From positions 2,371 to 66,370 of the forward strand of contig DJEN01000050.1 of assembly GCA_002431345.1 (NCBI GenBank): a stretch of DNA of 64,000 bases. The letters are read 5' to 3'. The notes beneath the pieces are model-generated. The model was not told the origin of the DNA and searched no databases. It was given only the letters and a program-made list of their open reading frames with translations. This document shows, one piece after another, positions 62,332 through 64,000 of this stretch; position 1 is the stretch's first letter, and each line of letters begins with the position of its first letter. The position numbers and the translations under genes are program-made. This DNA is from Megasphaera sp. UBA5897. Lineage in GTDB: Bacteria; Bacillota; Negativicutes; Veillonellales; Megasphaeraceae.

Positions 62332-64000
62332 TTGCAACTTTTAAAAATGGAGCTGCGGGGATTTAAATCCTTTGCAGATAAAACGACCCTTACCTTTGAC
62401 AAAGGGATTACGGCGATTGTTGGTCCCAATGGCAGCGGGAAAAGCAATATTTCAGATGCTGTCCGCTGGGTCATGGGTGAACAAAATATCCGGCAGCTTC
62501 GCGGGCAGAAGGCAGAAGATATTATTTTTGCCGGAACAGAAAAACGGCAGCCTCAGGGGGCAGCCGAAGTGTCCTTATATTTTGACAACAGCGACCATGC
62601 GCTGGATTTGGATTTTTCGGAAGTCGCTGTTACGCGCCGCTTGTTCCGCTCTGGTGAAAGTGAATTTTATATCAACAAACGGCCGTGCCGGCTCAAAGAT
62701 ATTCATATGCTCTTTGCCTCGACGGGCATCGGGCAGGATTCGATGGCTGTCATCGGGCAGAACCGGGTAGACAGGATTCTCAACAGCAAGCCGGAAGAAC
62801 GGCGTGTTATTTTTGAGGAAGTGGCCGGTATCAGCCGCTATAAAGGACGCAAGCAGGACGGGCTTCGCAAAATCGCAGAGACAGAGCGCAATCTGGAACG
62901 TATTCAGGATTTGATGAGCATGTTGGCAGAACGGATGGAGCCGCTGGCAGCGCAGGCCCAGAAAGTAAAACAGTTCCGGGCGTTGGACAGTGAGCGTATT
63001 TCGTATGAAGGTACGTTGACGCTGCAGGAACTGCGCAACTGCGAACGGCTGCTCTCTAAAGCAGAAAATTACCGTCTGGCAGCGTTAGTAGAACAAACAA
63101 ATGCTGAAAAAGAATTGGCTGCCATGGAAACAAAACGGCAGCAGCTGCTGCAGACCATGGAAAAAGAAGGCGAAATGCTGCGCAGTCTCGATGCGCAGGC
63201 CCTCAATGCACACAACGAACTGGACAGCATGAAAAGCCGCCATGATGCGTTCCTGCAGCGTCAGGTAACACTGCAGGAAAATGAAAAGGAATTGGTCGAA
63301 GAAAAAAATGTGCTGCAGCAAAAGGCAGTACAGCTGGAGAAACAAGGCGCCGATTTGGCAGCGCAGCAGCAGCAAAAAGAAACAGAACTTGCGGCAGCGG
63401 AAAAAGGATTGGCACTGACGGAAGCGCTGGCAGGCAAAGCAGAAGCACATGCCCAAAAGGCAGCGGCTGATTTGGAAACTGTCACGGCAGCTAATGCGGC
63501 GCGGCAGCAGCAGTTGTTTGTCCTGCAGCGTGATGCTGAAGAACTGCGCCGCCGTCTGCAGGAAAACAGCACACGGTATGAAGAAGTAAACCAGACGCTA
63601 AAACAGCAGCGGGACGCTTGGAAACAGTCCCGGACACGCGGGATGGCGGAAGAAAAGAAATGCCAAGCTCTGCAGCAGGAAGCGCAGGCGTATGAAACGC
63701 AGGCTGCGGCACATCAAAAAACGCTGCAGGCGAATGAAGCGGTCATGCATGAAGCCGAAAACACATACCGGCATTTGCGGGGAACCGTAGATGCCTTGAC
63801 GCAGCGTATCCGCGTGCTGGAAAGCATGGAACAGGAACATGAAGGCGTAGGCCGTTCGGTAAAAGCCGTACTGGATGCCCATACGCCTTGGCGCAGCAGT
63901 ATTTGCGGCGTCGTTGGCGAAGTATGCCAAATTCCCATACCGTATGCGACAGCACTGGATGTGGCGTTAGGCGCGGCAGCCCGGTATGTTATTACACAGA
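62332..64000 (+). CDS. smc: Chromosome segregation protein SMC (5' part, runs off the window)
   Basis: TTG start MQLLKMELRGFKSFADKT, Walker A GPNGSGKSN, coiled coil, hinge start (GVVGEV..ALDVALG); absent from the ORF track because there is no stop in the window. Confidence 0.95.
   Translation, partial: MQLLKMELRGFKSFADKTTLTFDKGITAIVGPNGSGKSNISDAVRWVMGEQNIRQLRGQKAEDIIFAGTEKRQPQGAAEVSLYFDNSDHALDLDFSEVAVTRRLFRSGESEFYINKRPCRLKDIHMLFASTGIGQDSMAVIGQNRVDRILNSKPEERRVIFEEVAGISRYKGRKQDGLRKIAETERNLERIQDLMSMLAERMEPLAAQAQKVKQFRALDSERISYEGTLTLQELRNCERLLSKAENYRLAALVEQTNAEKELAAMETKRQQLLQTMEKEGEMLRSLDAQALNAHNELDSMKSRHDAFLQRQVTLQENEKELVEEKNVLQQKAVQLEKQGADLAAQQQQKETELAAAEKGLALTEALAGKAEAHAQKAAADLETVTAANAARQQQLFVLQRDAEELRRRLQENSTRYEEVNQTLKQQRDAWKQSRTRGMAEEKKCQALQQEAQAYETQAAAHQKTLQANEAVMHEAENTYRHLRGTVDALTQRIRVLESMEQEHEGVGRSVKAVLDAHTPWRSSICGVVGEVCQIPIPYATALDVALGAAARYVITQ

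Noticed and set aside
62372..62770. 132-aa ORF in the track
   Set aside because: Out-of-frame overlap with smc, which starts at 62332 and runs off the window

Overview
Core-genome window of a diderm Firmicute (Negativicutes, Megasphaera-like). The assignment is inferred from LPS heptose genes and an outer-membrane beta-barrel sitting alongside PolC, IreB, a T-box and the butyrate-pathway genes hbd/crt and an acyl-CoA dehydrogenase. Gene order: ftsZ tail, nrdR, ADP-heptose/LPS core cluster, porin, stand-alone raiA-motif ncRNA, two hotdog thioesterases plus acyl-CoA dehydrogenase, T-box-pheST, tig-clpPX-lon-engB, alaS-ireB-ruvX, superoxide reductase, hpf, pgm, wecA/wecB, full atp operon, purC, comEA-comEC-holA, vanW-like, polC, mscL, an FMN-riboswitch-like leader on an FGGY sugar kinase, hbd-crt, a nuclease, corA and the 5' part of smc. 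No mobile element, prophage or CRISPR array was seen. Most notable: (1) an FMN riboswitch variant with changes at ligand-pocket positions controlling a sugar kinase rather than rib genes; (2) a PolC with its proofreading exonuclease domain cleanly absent but PHP metal ligands intact; (3) a nearby stand-alone DEDDh exonuclease carrying two RNase H1-type hybrid-binding domains; (4) a raiA-motif RNA with its own promoter and terminator, about 22 kb from the hpf/raiA gene. All calls come from reading motifs by eye; no searches were run.
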